From Lepidodermella squamata (lineage: Eukaryota; Animalia; Gastrotricha), in contig JBLDXI010000002.1 of NCBI GenBank assembly GCA_047495785.1, positions 1,984,001 to 2,048,000 on the forward strand: a DNA stretch of 64,000 nucleotides, in the 5' to 3' direction. Below the pieces are notes generated by a model. That model saw nothing but the letters and a program-made list of their open reading frames with translations. It searched no databases and was not told where the DNA came from. Below, in pieces: positions 33,701 to 43,814 of this stretch; positions within the stretch are counted from its first letter, which is position 1; every line of letters begins with the position of its first letter. The position numbers and the translations under genes were made by a program.

Positions 33701-35776
33701 AAAATTATGAATATAAAACAGCGACTGGTTCAACTTACTAGGAATGAACAGAACGTTCTCGTCTTTTCCAGTGCTGGCCGGGCGGATGACTACTGCAGTA
33801 ATAAATACAATCACGAAAAAAATTGGTGAATAAAACAATTACCAGGCTCGTCGAACTTGGGTATATCCTCCGCCTTGGTTAAGAAAATCGGCAAATCTAC
33901 AATAATTGAAAGGTGGTAGTTATACACGAAATCTATTCATCACTTGTTACCTAAGGCACCAAAAAGCGTCTTCTGAAGACGATTGCAGACCTTGATGCTG
34001 GGTTGTCTGATAAGTTGAAGGGCGGGGACAAGGCGGTCTGACAGAAGACTGCCAACACGTTCGGTTCCTTTTGACCTCGTCGTGTGAAATTCCGTGTAGA
34101 ATGGGTCAAGTTCAATCTCCTTCTCAAAGAAGGTGAGGGTTGTTGATGGCTGGAGAGGCTTCGACTCGAAGGCAGTTCGCTCATCCCATGCGAGGACTTC
34201 GTGAATAGTAAGCAGAGGTTCAGTCTTGAGTTTCATCTCTGCAAGAAGTTGGTTAAAAGGAAAAGCAGGAATAGCTGCAGCCTCGAAGATGGTCAAACCA
34301 AAGCCGTCATCAATAATCGGTTCTGCATCAATAGGGGCGATCGGATTTTCAGCCACGGAAGTCATGTCAGGGGTCAACCGAGGTAGCATTTCAAGCGGCT
34401 AAATAATTACCAAAGAATTAGGTGAACAATTCATAACTGCGAGCTTACCATATGCGAGGCAATAGCGTCAGAAATATCCGCACAACCAAGCTGAACAAGA
34501 GCGGTCGCCAGATAGGTGTTCGTATCGGGACGCTCCGCTCTCCGTCTAGACATATCTACTTGTAAAATGCACGAAGCATCATTAGCATCGTGAAACAGCC
34601 TGTCAATTTTCAGGCTGTAAGTGACACTAAGAGAATAAATTAACTGGCCTGAGGTTCGCAAGTCAAGATTTGGCAACGATTCGGCGCATTCACAGAGGGC
34701 CTTGATGTCGACATTGGCGATCAGGGAAGGCTCGATCGGCTGCTTAGCAATGGACTTGCGAAACACACGCCCGCGTAGGAACAATTCGAGTGAACTCATC
34801 ATCGCAATAAGTTAATATCTATGGGTAGAAGCAATACATGCGAAGGTAATGAGAACCAGCAAACTACAGCGTATGATCGATGTTGGCAGGCTTTAGCTAG
34901 GGCTTGATCGGAGAAGGGAGAAATAGGTCATCGATGATCGCTGTCCTATACTCATCCTGAAGCATTCGACAGCCGCTATTTGTCAACCAACCCTGTTTTT
35001 AAATGGAATGATCAAGACAGACTCGAACAAGAATGCACATGCACCCTCAGCAATAGTAGACGGCAGACGTGAGAGTTAAACCCTCTTGGAACAGCTGGAG
35101 ACGATAAACCGCGAAAGGACCAGCAACCCCGCAGCCCCGCAGCCCCGTTGCTATCAACGTCGCTAATTAATTTTTTTTATATTATTCCGATTAACAATAT
35201 TATTATTTAATATAAAATATTTAATAAACAATTCAAAATAAACGTGACAGTCGCAGGGGATTTTCGGCCCGCAATATGGGCACTGATGACATTGATGACA
35301 GCATGGAAATTGCAATTTTAATCTCAAACAGATTCAACGATGGTGAAACTAACAGGGATAATTCCGGTGACGCCGAGCAAGTCATCGGGTGACTCGAGTG
35401 ATTGCTGCTGGTCGACTGCAGGAGTTGGGGCTATATAACTCGGCGAGGTGGGATCGAAGAAGTCTTCTGGCACTGGCTGCGGCGTGACCAGACTATCCCG
35501 GCTGAATTCAACAGTTATCGGCATCATCTTTGGAGGTGGAGGCATCAACGCGTAGTCGTCATCCATCTCGTAAGCTTGTCTTGTCATTGGCGAAAATTGA
35601 ACTTGACCCGGTTGAATTTCTGGCTGGTTGTACTGGCCGTACGGCTGCAGCTGGTACGGATATTGCGCATACGAAGGCTGCCCATAAAACTGGCCTTGCG
35701 GGTTGTAGTACTCACTTCGTGGGTCATAGAACCCGTCACATTGATAACTTTCGAGCTCGGGGTGAGCTCTACTCAT
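24780..35776 (-). CDS. p300/CBP HAT-like gene copy 3 (557 aa); intron 1 interrupted by the 9.2-kb transposon
   Basis: Exons 35776-35354, 26090-25737 and 25676-24780 sum to 1674 nt, and each is a clear paralog of the matching copy 1 exon. Intron 1 is 59 bp in copy 1 and about 9.26 kb here. Confidence 0.8.
26102..26360 (+). repeat. Left terminal inverted repeat (core about 26102-26232)
   Basis: Inverted match to about 35030-35305. Confidence 0.9.
26447..29295 (+). CDS. DDE transposase of the RAG1/Transib/Chapaev-related group (10 exons, 756 aa)
   Basis: Exons 26447-26546, 26609-26692, 26757-26816, 26869-26970, 27024-27277, 27343-27419, 27478-27764, 27876-28104, 28160-28406 and 28465-29295 total 2271 nt in an open frame. 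Motifs VCRVQGDG (D1), LMGKETRHNL, LCADL (D2), CPFC, CTLH, YTPYLHIFQFH and SGDNVELSNK (E). Confidence 0.82.
30354..30791 (-). CDS. Transposon cargo: small basic protein (125 aa, 2 exons)
   Basis: Exons 30791-30645 and 30584-30354 in frame: MSSVSNKRPRRKVD...STPKQRR...KSPCKK...PKPKRLFKK. Confidence 0.55.
30852..31442 (-). CDS. Transposon cargo: uncharacterised protein (178 aa, 2 exons)
   Basis: Exons 31442-31117 and 31062-30852 join in frame over a 54-bp GT-AG intron. Starts MAYCLRERATLKKPVIYG. Confidence 0.5.
32374..32802 (+). CDS. Transposon cargo: small charged helical protein (124 aa, 2 exons)
   Basis: Exons 32374-32548 and 32603-32802 in frame: MPRTPEQLLEHKIRMRVYRANRSAEKIAADQERDRLRKAA... 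Confidence 0.55.
32993..34802 (-). CDS. Transposon cargo: Rad21/Rec8-like alpha-kleisin, cohesin subunit (6 exons, 515 aa)
   Basis: Exons 34802-34449, 34398-33951, 33896-33843, 33792-33739, 33684-33607 and 33552-32993 total 1548 nt in an open frame. N-terminal LDLRTSGQLIYSLSVTYSLKIDRLFHDANDA resembles Rad21 [31 protein letters not shown]. C-terminal LSFNDVVNNLDRKNVSKAFFGLLLAVK resembles the kleisin winged-helix NRKQAAAKFYSFLVLKK. Confidence 0.82.
35030..35305 (-). repeat. Right terminal inverted repeat (core about 35172-35305)
   Basis: ...cgtgacagtcgcaggggattttcggcccgcaatatgggcactgatgacattgatgacagcatg. Confidence 0.9.
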
Positions 35777-37866
35777 TTTTGAAAAACCCTACTATGAAGC
35801 AGCATAAAAATGGGTGGTGCGAAACGAGCAAGTAATGAGAGAAAATGAAAAAGAGGATGACGCCCAAATGCCATGGTTTCTTTGGTTCGAACGAGAGTCG
35901 AAACGAACAGATTGTTACCTTGAAGTCCATCATGTGTCTGAATGAACCATTTGACATTTGTGTATTTTACTGGGTCTGCTCAACTTGAATTGGTGATATA
36001 TTCTACTTTCTTACTGTTATATTGCCATACCTGATGTACTCACTGTTGTTAATCTAGATTCTGAATTCAGTTTCGTCATGCTACTACTCATCTCTTCAAC
36101 TTACAGCCTTTCTAGATGATGCAAGGAGTAGTGAAATTGATTCTCGTTGAAAAATCACAGTAAAAAATGCAATAAAAATGAAAACTATGAACAACTTTCT
36201 TGCTACTGCCCTAGAAACCTGCACATGTGGGTGCTCGCCTTGCACTAGGTTTAGCGGCCGATTTCGAAGCCTTAGCCTCAGTCGTATCAGTCGTTGCGCT
36301 GTTCCTGTATTAGAGCTTAGAGCTGTTGATTTTGCAGCTTTACCGCTCTAGAGGAGCATTGAATGAATGAAATGTCGCATTTTTCGCGACTAGCAATTGT
36401 TATTGAACTAATTCGGGCTCAAAAAGCAAGGCAATATAAAGAGCAATTTTTTGGAAACCAAAAAACGATATAATAACAATGAGAAGAGGCTCTATTCGCT
36501 GTTACCCCGCACATGATTCAACTTATATTGCACTGATGACGCAGCGTTCTTGCATAAATCGTGCGCGCTTATACAGTTGAAATAAAAAAAACCTATTTTT
36601 TTATTTCAACTGTAATACTGGCTCGTTCCTCTCTATTCCATTTGAAAAGGCTTTTTATTTGAACCGTAAAGCGCCTCTCATGTAATGAATAATTGTCAGT
36701 ACACATAAGAAGTACTGTGGCCCAGGCTTATTTCAGGAGGGGGGTGACTTTTGACTTCAGAACTTGAATTTCTCTTCAAAATCTCGCCACTTGCCACCCA
36801 TTTACTTGTCAAGTTTTTGTAGCATCAGTGGGTCATGAGACGTACTAAAGGACGCCGCGGCTTCGAAGCTCCCGTTACATGGGCTTCTTGAAGGCCGCGG
36901 ACTGTGCATATCGGAATGTGCATACGAATTAAATTTTAGTCCAGTAATTTCGAAATTAAAGAAATTTTAATTTATAAAATTTTAATTTTTTAAATGTCAA
37001 TAATTAAAAACTGATGAGAATTATTTTACAGCAAAAGATCGGCGTGACGCTGTGTAAAGATGTGTTGATCTCGTTGATCTTAAGCAAAAAAGAGGCTTGA
37101 GATGATTGCAAAAAGTGTAATGAGATGATTCATTGGTCGATTTGGACTTTGGACCTCATTAAAAATATCACGCATTTTCTGATTCTCAGCAAGCCGCGGC
37201 GTCCTATAGTACGTCTCATGCAGTGGGTACCCGCGGGCTCTAAAATTTATTTTTTGAATGATTTGATTTTTCAAGAAAAATACAACTACCAAATCAAACT
37301 AATGACTTCCCTCCCGAGAGCCGATATCGAATTCTGTTTTCGATTTTAAATTAGTGATTTTTACAGATATCAGCAGTGTAGGAAGCCAACACTGAAAATC
37401 CATAATACATACCTATACAAATACAAAAAAACCTAAACAAAATACGTTCATCATCCTCTAACAAATATCGCTGAGATGTTAGATAAAATCATATTGATAT
37501 TGGATGTTTGTCGATGCAAATGCGTCGACCTACAAGTTTTCCTGCGGTTTTTATTTTATAACTCAATCATCCTATAATTTATAACCAGGAAAAAGCATCC
37601 TCTATATTCGTTCTGAATTCGAACAATTGGAATAGGAAAATGAATAATGGAAAAATCAGGGATATTAGGAGCATGTTGCATTTAAAAATGTCACCATAAG
37701 CCTTAGGAATCCGATTTGTAGGCACATCACATTAAAGAGTGTTTAAAATCACATTCCGAGGGGGGCGCTGCATTTTCGAGAGGGTCATTTCGAAGCTGGT
37801 TCGCTTCATGTCAGATTAAAGCGGATAAGTTGGATCCCGATGGGCAAATTTTCTACAATTCATATA

Positions 37867-38364
37867 TCAGCCATTTATGGCGCCCATTTGAGCCAAGGCT
37901 CTTTCGAACTGTTCGCGGTATTTTTCCGCGTTTCTCTCCATGGTGAAACGCAAGTCCTGCTGATTGCCGCGCACGTCCTGTACGATGGCTTCGCCAGCTT
38001 GACGGTTGATATTCGCCTGCGAAAACAGCTCCCCCTGCTGCTGGTTAATAGCACTTTGAATGCGGCCCATCAAGCCTTGATGTTGGCTCAACGCTCTATC
38101 TGAGGCCGCGCTTGCTTGCTGCAATTCGTGACCGTAGGCCAATTGATGCGTTCGTACATTGTCCATTTCCTTGTTGTACTCGTGGACCTGCTCCTGAAAC
38201 TTCAGCTGTTGGGTATGCTGGTAATATCCAGCGCCCGCAGTGATGGCTGCACCGATTAGAGCTGCAGCGAGAATACTCAATGTGACTGGCTCGCCGCTGA
38301 CTGAGACAGCATTGAAAGCTGTCAGAACGACTAGCGTTGACACCAACCCAGAAAAAACCTTCAT
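37867..38364 (-). CDS. Secreted Gln-rich helical protein with hydrophobic Gly/Ala-rich mature N-terminus (165 aa, intronless)
   Basis: Signal peptide, then EPVTLSILAAALIGAAITAGAGYY, then a Q/E-rich helix. Confidence 0.7.
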   Translation of the reverse strand: MKVFSGLVSTLVVLTAFNAVSVSGEPVTLSILAAALIGAAITAGAGYYQHTQQLKFQEQVHEYNKEMDNVRTHQLAYGHELQQASAASDRALSQHQGLMGRIQSAINQQQGELFSQANINRQAGEAIVQDVRGNQQDLRFTMERNAEKYREQFERALAQMGAING

Positions 38365-38997
38365 CGCTTAATTGCTTCTATCAACGAGCCCTAATACCCT
38401 AATATACCATAATGAGCTCCCGTCGTGTATGAACTGAGTTGATTACGGAATATTGCATTATACGAGATCATTTCCACCTGTTTTTTTTACATAATCAAGG
38501 CTATAAGATGAATCATGTAATTGTGGTCCAATTCAAGCTAGCCAAAAAGTTGACTAAGAAAATTCGACGTGACTGGTTTTTAGAGCTTTGAATTGCGAAT
38601 CAGCAAGGCACAGCATGAGGACTAAGATACCGATCAGTTTTTAAAAAAGTTCCATTTGCAGTGTCGATTTTCGAATATTTTACAGAGAGGTTGGGTTGTG
38701 ATTTCAAAACAGCGGTTTTAAAGAGGAAAGCGGCCCCAACGTTGGCCCCAACGTTATGGGTATTTTGCCTTTTTATTTGTTCTCGGTGAAAGTTGTGTCA
38801 ACTGTCAATAATCATAGATAACTTATATTTCCACAAGGAAAACGAGACATGCATGAAGGAAAAGAAATAGGAAAAGGAATACGAGCCTTTGGTCTGGGTA
38901 TAGGAATCTACTAATGTTACATGAATAGTCTTGCGGCTGCATCTCGGCCAATCCAAATCAAGGGGTGTCATCATTAGTTCATGCAACGTCGTTTCAT

Positions 38998-39728
38998 TTA
39001 TCGTCTTTTCGGTGTATTTGAGCGACTGTTTGACAGCAAAATAGTCTCCAGCTAAGAATATCACACATAAGATCATTCATAAATGTTTTCAAAGCTTATA
39101 CCTTGTGTAAATCATCTCGACTATTTTTAGCTTGAACAGCAATGTAAATTGCAGCTTGCTGCTGCGGCAAATCAGCGCTGGGCCGGAAACCTGCCGCCTC
39201 GTACGTTCCTTGGAAGGCGATCGGTGACGGCTTATCTGTCAAGTTTTGGTCGATAGCCGCCAGCATTTCGCCAGTTTGTTTCCGCTTATCAGCCCTCTTA
39301 ACCTGGGATGCTGCAATATCGGCCGCAGAAGTGTCTGTCGCAGCTGCCTTGACCATTGTGGTGATTACACTGACTGCCGCAGCTTTCTTGTCTGCATCCT
39401 GCTTTTTTTGCTTCTCTTCTTCCCGCAGTGTGCTTTCAATTTCGAGAGTTTGGCTTTGGTAAGCCTGTTGCGCTTCGAGGTTTTCCTTCTCGAGTTTTAT
39501 CAACTCTTCCTGTTGCTTGGCTCGTTGGTCCATTAGCTTGATTTGATAAGCAGCGTTATCCTCAGCAGCATTCTTTTGCTTTACGGCATTAGCAATCGCT
39601 ATACCTGATGTTGTAATAGCGCCGACCACAGACGCGCCGGCTATGACAGATATCGGCTCGCAGGTTGAAACATAAGAAACCTGCGAGATCCCAACAACAA
39701 CGATAATGAAAATAGACGAGCCTCGCAT
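38998..39728 (-). CDS. Secreted coiled-coil protein with the same architecture as 37867-38364
   Basis: Signal peptide, EPISVIAGASVVGAITTSGIAIANA, then a K/Q/E coiled coil. Probable short last exon 39051-38998; otherwise it stops at 39096. Confidence 0.65.
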
Positions 39729-39914
39729 TGTTCAACAACCGGACTGAGGACTACATCCTACTATTTTTTTTATTTATTCCCGTTCTTCCTGATGCAATGT
39801 TGCTACGGATGTTGCAAATGTGATTCAAATTTGATGAATTAATTACACCAAGTTGATTTAAAAGAATGAATCAACAGCCCCATGTTCAGTGTAAACCAAA
39901 TTAATAACAAAATA

Positions 39915-40555
39915 ATGGTTAAGCCATATCAATTCCGCTCGCTTGCAATCGTAGCAGCCATTCTGCAAGGTAAGGATAATAGCATTTCAAAGTGGCCGAA
40001 AAAATAAGGATTAGTTTTTCAGCGTATGGAGCAAGTTCATTGTATCAAGGATTGTACGTAGAAAAACCTTCCTCAGATGGCAATCCGTCCGCAATAGACC
40101 CGTTACAATCAATGACTGCTATGTACCAGAAGTTGTTAGACAGGCAACACAAATGGGACACGGCTAACGCTGTAGGAGCCGTGGCTAATACGTTGGGAGC
40201 GGCCGGAACTCAGATTGCGCAGAGCGTTGCCTTCGACGGCATTCACGCAGCTAATCAACAGGTGCAGAATAAGCACATTGAGATGGATGCGCTTTCGTTC
40301 GATCGAAACTTCAACCATCGTAAACTCGTTACTGCGCTCAACCTCGAGCAGCAACGAACGCTGCGGGATTTTCGGGCGAAGCAGGCGCGTTACGCTATGG
40401 ACGAGGCGGCAGCTCTTCGTGATACGATAATCAACGGCCAGTTCTTAGGCACGGTCTTGCAAACTGGTATGACTGATGAACAACCAAGCCGCAGTTCTTC
40501 CCCGCAGCGTTTGATGCTGGGCAGCTTCTGGCCAGGATGGCTGCAAGCATTCTGA
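39915..40555 (+). CDS. Probable secreted helical protein with Gly/Ala-rich segment (2 exons)
   Basis: Exon 39915-39969 (MVKPYQFRSLAIVAAILQ) splices over a GTAAG...TTTTCAG intron into the 39992 ORF frame. Contains ANAVGAVANTLGAAGTQIAQ followed by a Q/N-rich helix. Confidence 0.6.
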
Positions 40556-41350
40556 AAAAAACTTCTGAACATCCTAATCGTGTTAATCTTGTCCGCTTCG
40601 AAAGAAGAATGCGTACTCGTTTTTCAACATAAACCTTTCAAAAATTATAACTAAACGAATTCCCTCAAGCTTTGCTATCCTTTCCATTTTCGAATATAGT
40701 AAAACTAATTTGAAATCCTAAACCTAATGGAGAACCTGAGCTATACATAGCTGTAGCAGAAATAAACAATAAAAAGAGAATCGAGATAACTTTGGAATAA
40801 CTATTGCTCCATGTCGAGGTTGCTGAGACCATCTCGAGAAATCCCTGAATCGGTATGATTTGATATGGTACGATACCCATCAATGAAATGGACTACCCCA
40901 TACTTCTTCAGCGGCGAAACAACCTGATTATTTTTAAGACTGTTTACTATCAGAGGCCAATGCTAAGCACTGTCAATATCCCGATTGCACTTGGTAAGAT
41001 TGCTAATCGTCATCTTGAAAAATTCCTGCTCCAAGATTATTCAGGGGATGCCGCATTTTTTGCTCATTTTTCACCTACAATCAAGGTTCCACCTCACAAA
41101 AGAAACCGAATGCCTCACCGGCGATTCCGTGAACCCCTGGCGATTCATATTAATTCAAATCTGATGTAATTTTGCGTTAGGGTCCATCAGTGGCTTTGGT
41201 CCAACGCTGTTATAGGTACATGAGGAGCCTAGAAATATGTAAATTACGGGGTTAGTTTCCGCCAACTGCATTTGTAACATGAATCATCTTGATTAATAAA
41301 CGGATCTGGTAGTTGACAGATTGAAGGCTAAAAGCTGAAAGCTGAACTTG

Positions 41351-42778
41351 ATGTTAACATTTATTTGCCTTCTGGTGTTCGGGCTTTTGGCCCATGGGAC
41401 CGATGCGACGCGAATTTACCAAACAAACAGGAATGCCGGAGCAGCTAATCGGAATACCTATCAAGCTTCCCAAGCTTCAGCTGCTAACAGACTAAGTGCT
41501 GCTAACAATGTGCTTAGACAAAATTCAGGTCTGCTGAATGCTGACGACGGCCAGCTTGGATCCCCGTTGAATATTCCCAGGGTAAGCAAAATTCTCCCGA
41601 AACCATCATACGTGCGCCGTCGTTTACAAATGTTTTTCACAAAGTTTTTGTCATTTGAGACAATGGTCACCATCCTTAAAAATCATTCTAGAACGCTGAA
41701 AACAGGTCTATAAAGTAACTTTTTGAGCCGCACATTTTGGTGAATTTTTCAGATTTTTATTACATGTCTAACTCGTAGAAAATTGGGCCTAAATGACATG
41801 AAAAAAATTAAATTGCCGAATTTTTAGTTGAAAATATGATTTTCGGAATCAGCAATTTTTTTAACCCAAGAAATGAGTTGATAAACACTTCGATTCAAAT
41901 ATTTTCATTTTTCGCTAATTGCCGGTTACGGTTAGCTAATTGAGAGAAAAATCGGTAGCCAGTGTGCAGAGCGTCATCGATTACCTACTGGGTTGTGTTT
42001 TTTATTGCGAAATCGTAATTTTTAAGGGGGCAACCATTGTGTCGAAAATTTCTCAGTTTTTCGAATTTGTGAACGACGGCGCCCGTATGATACTATAGAA
42101 GTTTTATATCAACAGCAGAACAATGTTTGGGGCTCGTTCAACAGTAATCCAAGGGTTCAGCCTTCCGTCTCCAGTTATCAGCAAAGCGTTTTGGCCAACC
42201 TCGAGAATCAACCTCCGTTGCCATCGAATGCACAATGGCTCGACCCGAATCGAGTTAGATTCTCGCAGAACAGCGTCAGTCACTTCAAAGGCACAAATGT
42301 TGGCCAGACGTATGAAACTCTTGTCGAAAGCATGCGAAACGGAGGTTGGGACGTTAATGCAAAGCCTCTTGATGTTGTCAGGTTCCCGACTGGAGGACTG
42401 ACGTCCATCGACAACACGAGGGTCCTTGCAGCCCGCAGAGCTAGCACCGATATTGCCGCCGTAGTTCATCCCCACAACGAACCCCTGTCCCCAGGTATGC
42501 TCCGAAGATTCAAGCCAGAAGCTGAAGCCTTGTCGAATAACCAACCCGGTAGAGTCGTTCAAACGTGGGGGGATGCGGTTGAAGGTCGTATGTTGAACAC
42601 GAGAGATAAGGACTTCTATCGTCAAAATCGAGGTGGGTATAATCCGGGCACGGGCTTTACCGATTTCGGATCCAACAACCCACCAGTTGTAACCTTATCG
42701 CAATGGCAGAGGGAGCTGTTCGAGAATTCGGTCAACCAGCCCCTACCACCCTATGTCAACACAAATTATTACGGTTGA
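41351..42778 (+). CDS. Secreted protein with C-terminal bacterial polymorphic-toxin-type ParB/sulfiredoxin-like domain (2 exons, about 297 aa)
   Basis: Exon 41351-41581 (signal peptide MLTFICLLVFGLLAHGTDA plus N/Q/A linker) joins in phase 0 to 42116-42778: LDPNRVRFSQNSV...LVESMRNGGW...PLDVVRFPTGGLTSIDNTRVLAAR...TWGDAV. Confidence 0.72.
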
Positions 42779-43031
42779 GAGAAATAACGGACCACAACCC
42801 TAAAATAGAGAACTCCCTTGTTTTCCTGTTATGCCAAATAAAAATCCTATTTTCCCTCAATAATTTGAATTGATCTCATTTGCGATGCAATCTATTCGAT
42901 CAGTGATGAATATTTCATGTAAAATCGATAGCTTCAGGTTAGAGCTGTGCGAAAGGAAGTGTGTTCGATAAAAATCCGCATTTAACATCACCACTGTATA
43001 ACTAATGCACTGAGAGTTTCGAACCACGATT

Positions 43032-43719
43032 ATGTACGGGAAAGTCTTCAAGGTGAGCTGTACAAGATGAAGGCCAACTCCGCCTTAATCATTTTTCGAA
43101 ATAGAAACCCAGCGTCCACCCAGGGGCCGCTTTATTGGAAGCCACTGTAAGGCATAGCCATGCGGCAATGAAACGATGTCTAGGTCAGAAAAACGCCGAT
43201 GTTGGTTACCTGCACCCTCGAACCGGCGATTCCAGCCTAATCATCGCTGTTCGAGATGGTGATTACAAAGCCACTGAAATTCTACTGAAAGCAGGCGCTG
43301 ATGCTAATGATACCGAGGGTCCCTATCGAATCTGGGTATCTCAAACAGGGTCTTGGGATGCTGATGAGCATATCGAACGCCGAGTTGGCCGAAAGACTGC
43401 ACTAGCCCTAGCTGCTAGTAGTGGCGAAGCCACCTTGGTCGATCTACTGCTTCAAAACGGGGCGGATATCAATGCATTGGACGATAGTAAGATGACGGCG
43501 TTAATGCATGCGGCTAAATGCGATAAACAGGGCGAAGCTGTGAAAATTTTGCTCGATAAAGGCGCTGATGCTGAGATCAAGAATGCGATTGGGCTAACTG
43601 CTTTGGACATAGCGAAACGAAACAGAACATTCAATGCCATTCGTATTTTAGAGAAGCGAAAAGTTAGCGACAATAAGAATAGTGACCAACAGCAGTCAGA
43701 AGATGGATTGGCTGAATAA
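43032..43719 (+). CDS. Ankyrin-repeat protein (2 exons)
   Basis: Exon 43032-43052, 52-bp intron, exon 43105-43719. Repeats GDSSLIIAV...LLKAGADAN, TALALAA...LLLQNGADIN, TALMHAA...LLDKGAD, GLTALDIA. Confidence 0.85.
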
Positions 43720-43814
43720 ACCTACATCAATCGTGCTGTTTTGTTTGGTGACAAATAAATTAATAAAAACGCGATTTATTTCTTCAACAAGTTACAATAA
43801 TTTCAAATCTATCA

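Larger units (their letters stand above)
26102..35305. mobile_element. Autonomous cut-and-paste DNA transposon, 9204 bp, with RAG1/Transib-like transposase and cargo genes
   Basis: TIR CATGCTGTCATCAATGTCATCAGTGCCCATATTGCGGGCCGAAAATCCCCTGCGACTGTCACG at 26102 and its reverse complement ending at 35305. About 130 bp are nearly identical, with degenerate homology to about 260 bp. Flanked by GA on both sides. Absent from the equivalent intron of paralog copy 1. Confidence 0.92.

Noticed and set aside
26094-35313. P-element assignment because of CAT...ATG ends
   Set aside because: No 8-bp TSD (ttacatga versus gaaattgc), no THAP domain, and the catalytic motifs fit the RAG1/Transib type.
36853-36901. 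GC-rich imperfect hairpin
   Set aside because: No tRNA, snRNA or ribozyme signature recognised.
41351-43719. Bacterial contamination as the source of the toxin/ankyrin pair
   Set aside because: Both genes need spliceosomal introns and are contiguous with intron-rich animal genes; read-level confirmation is still advisable.
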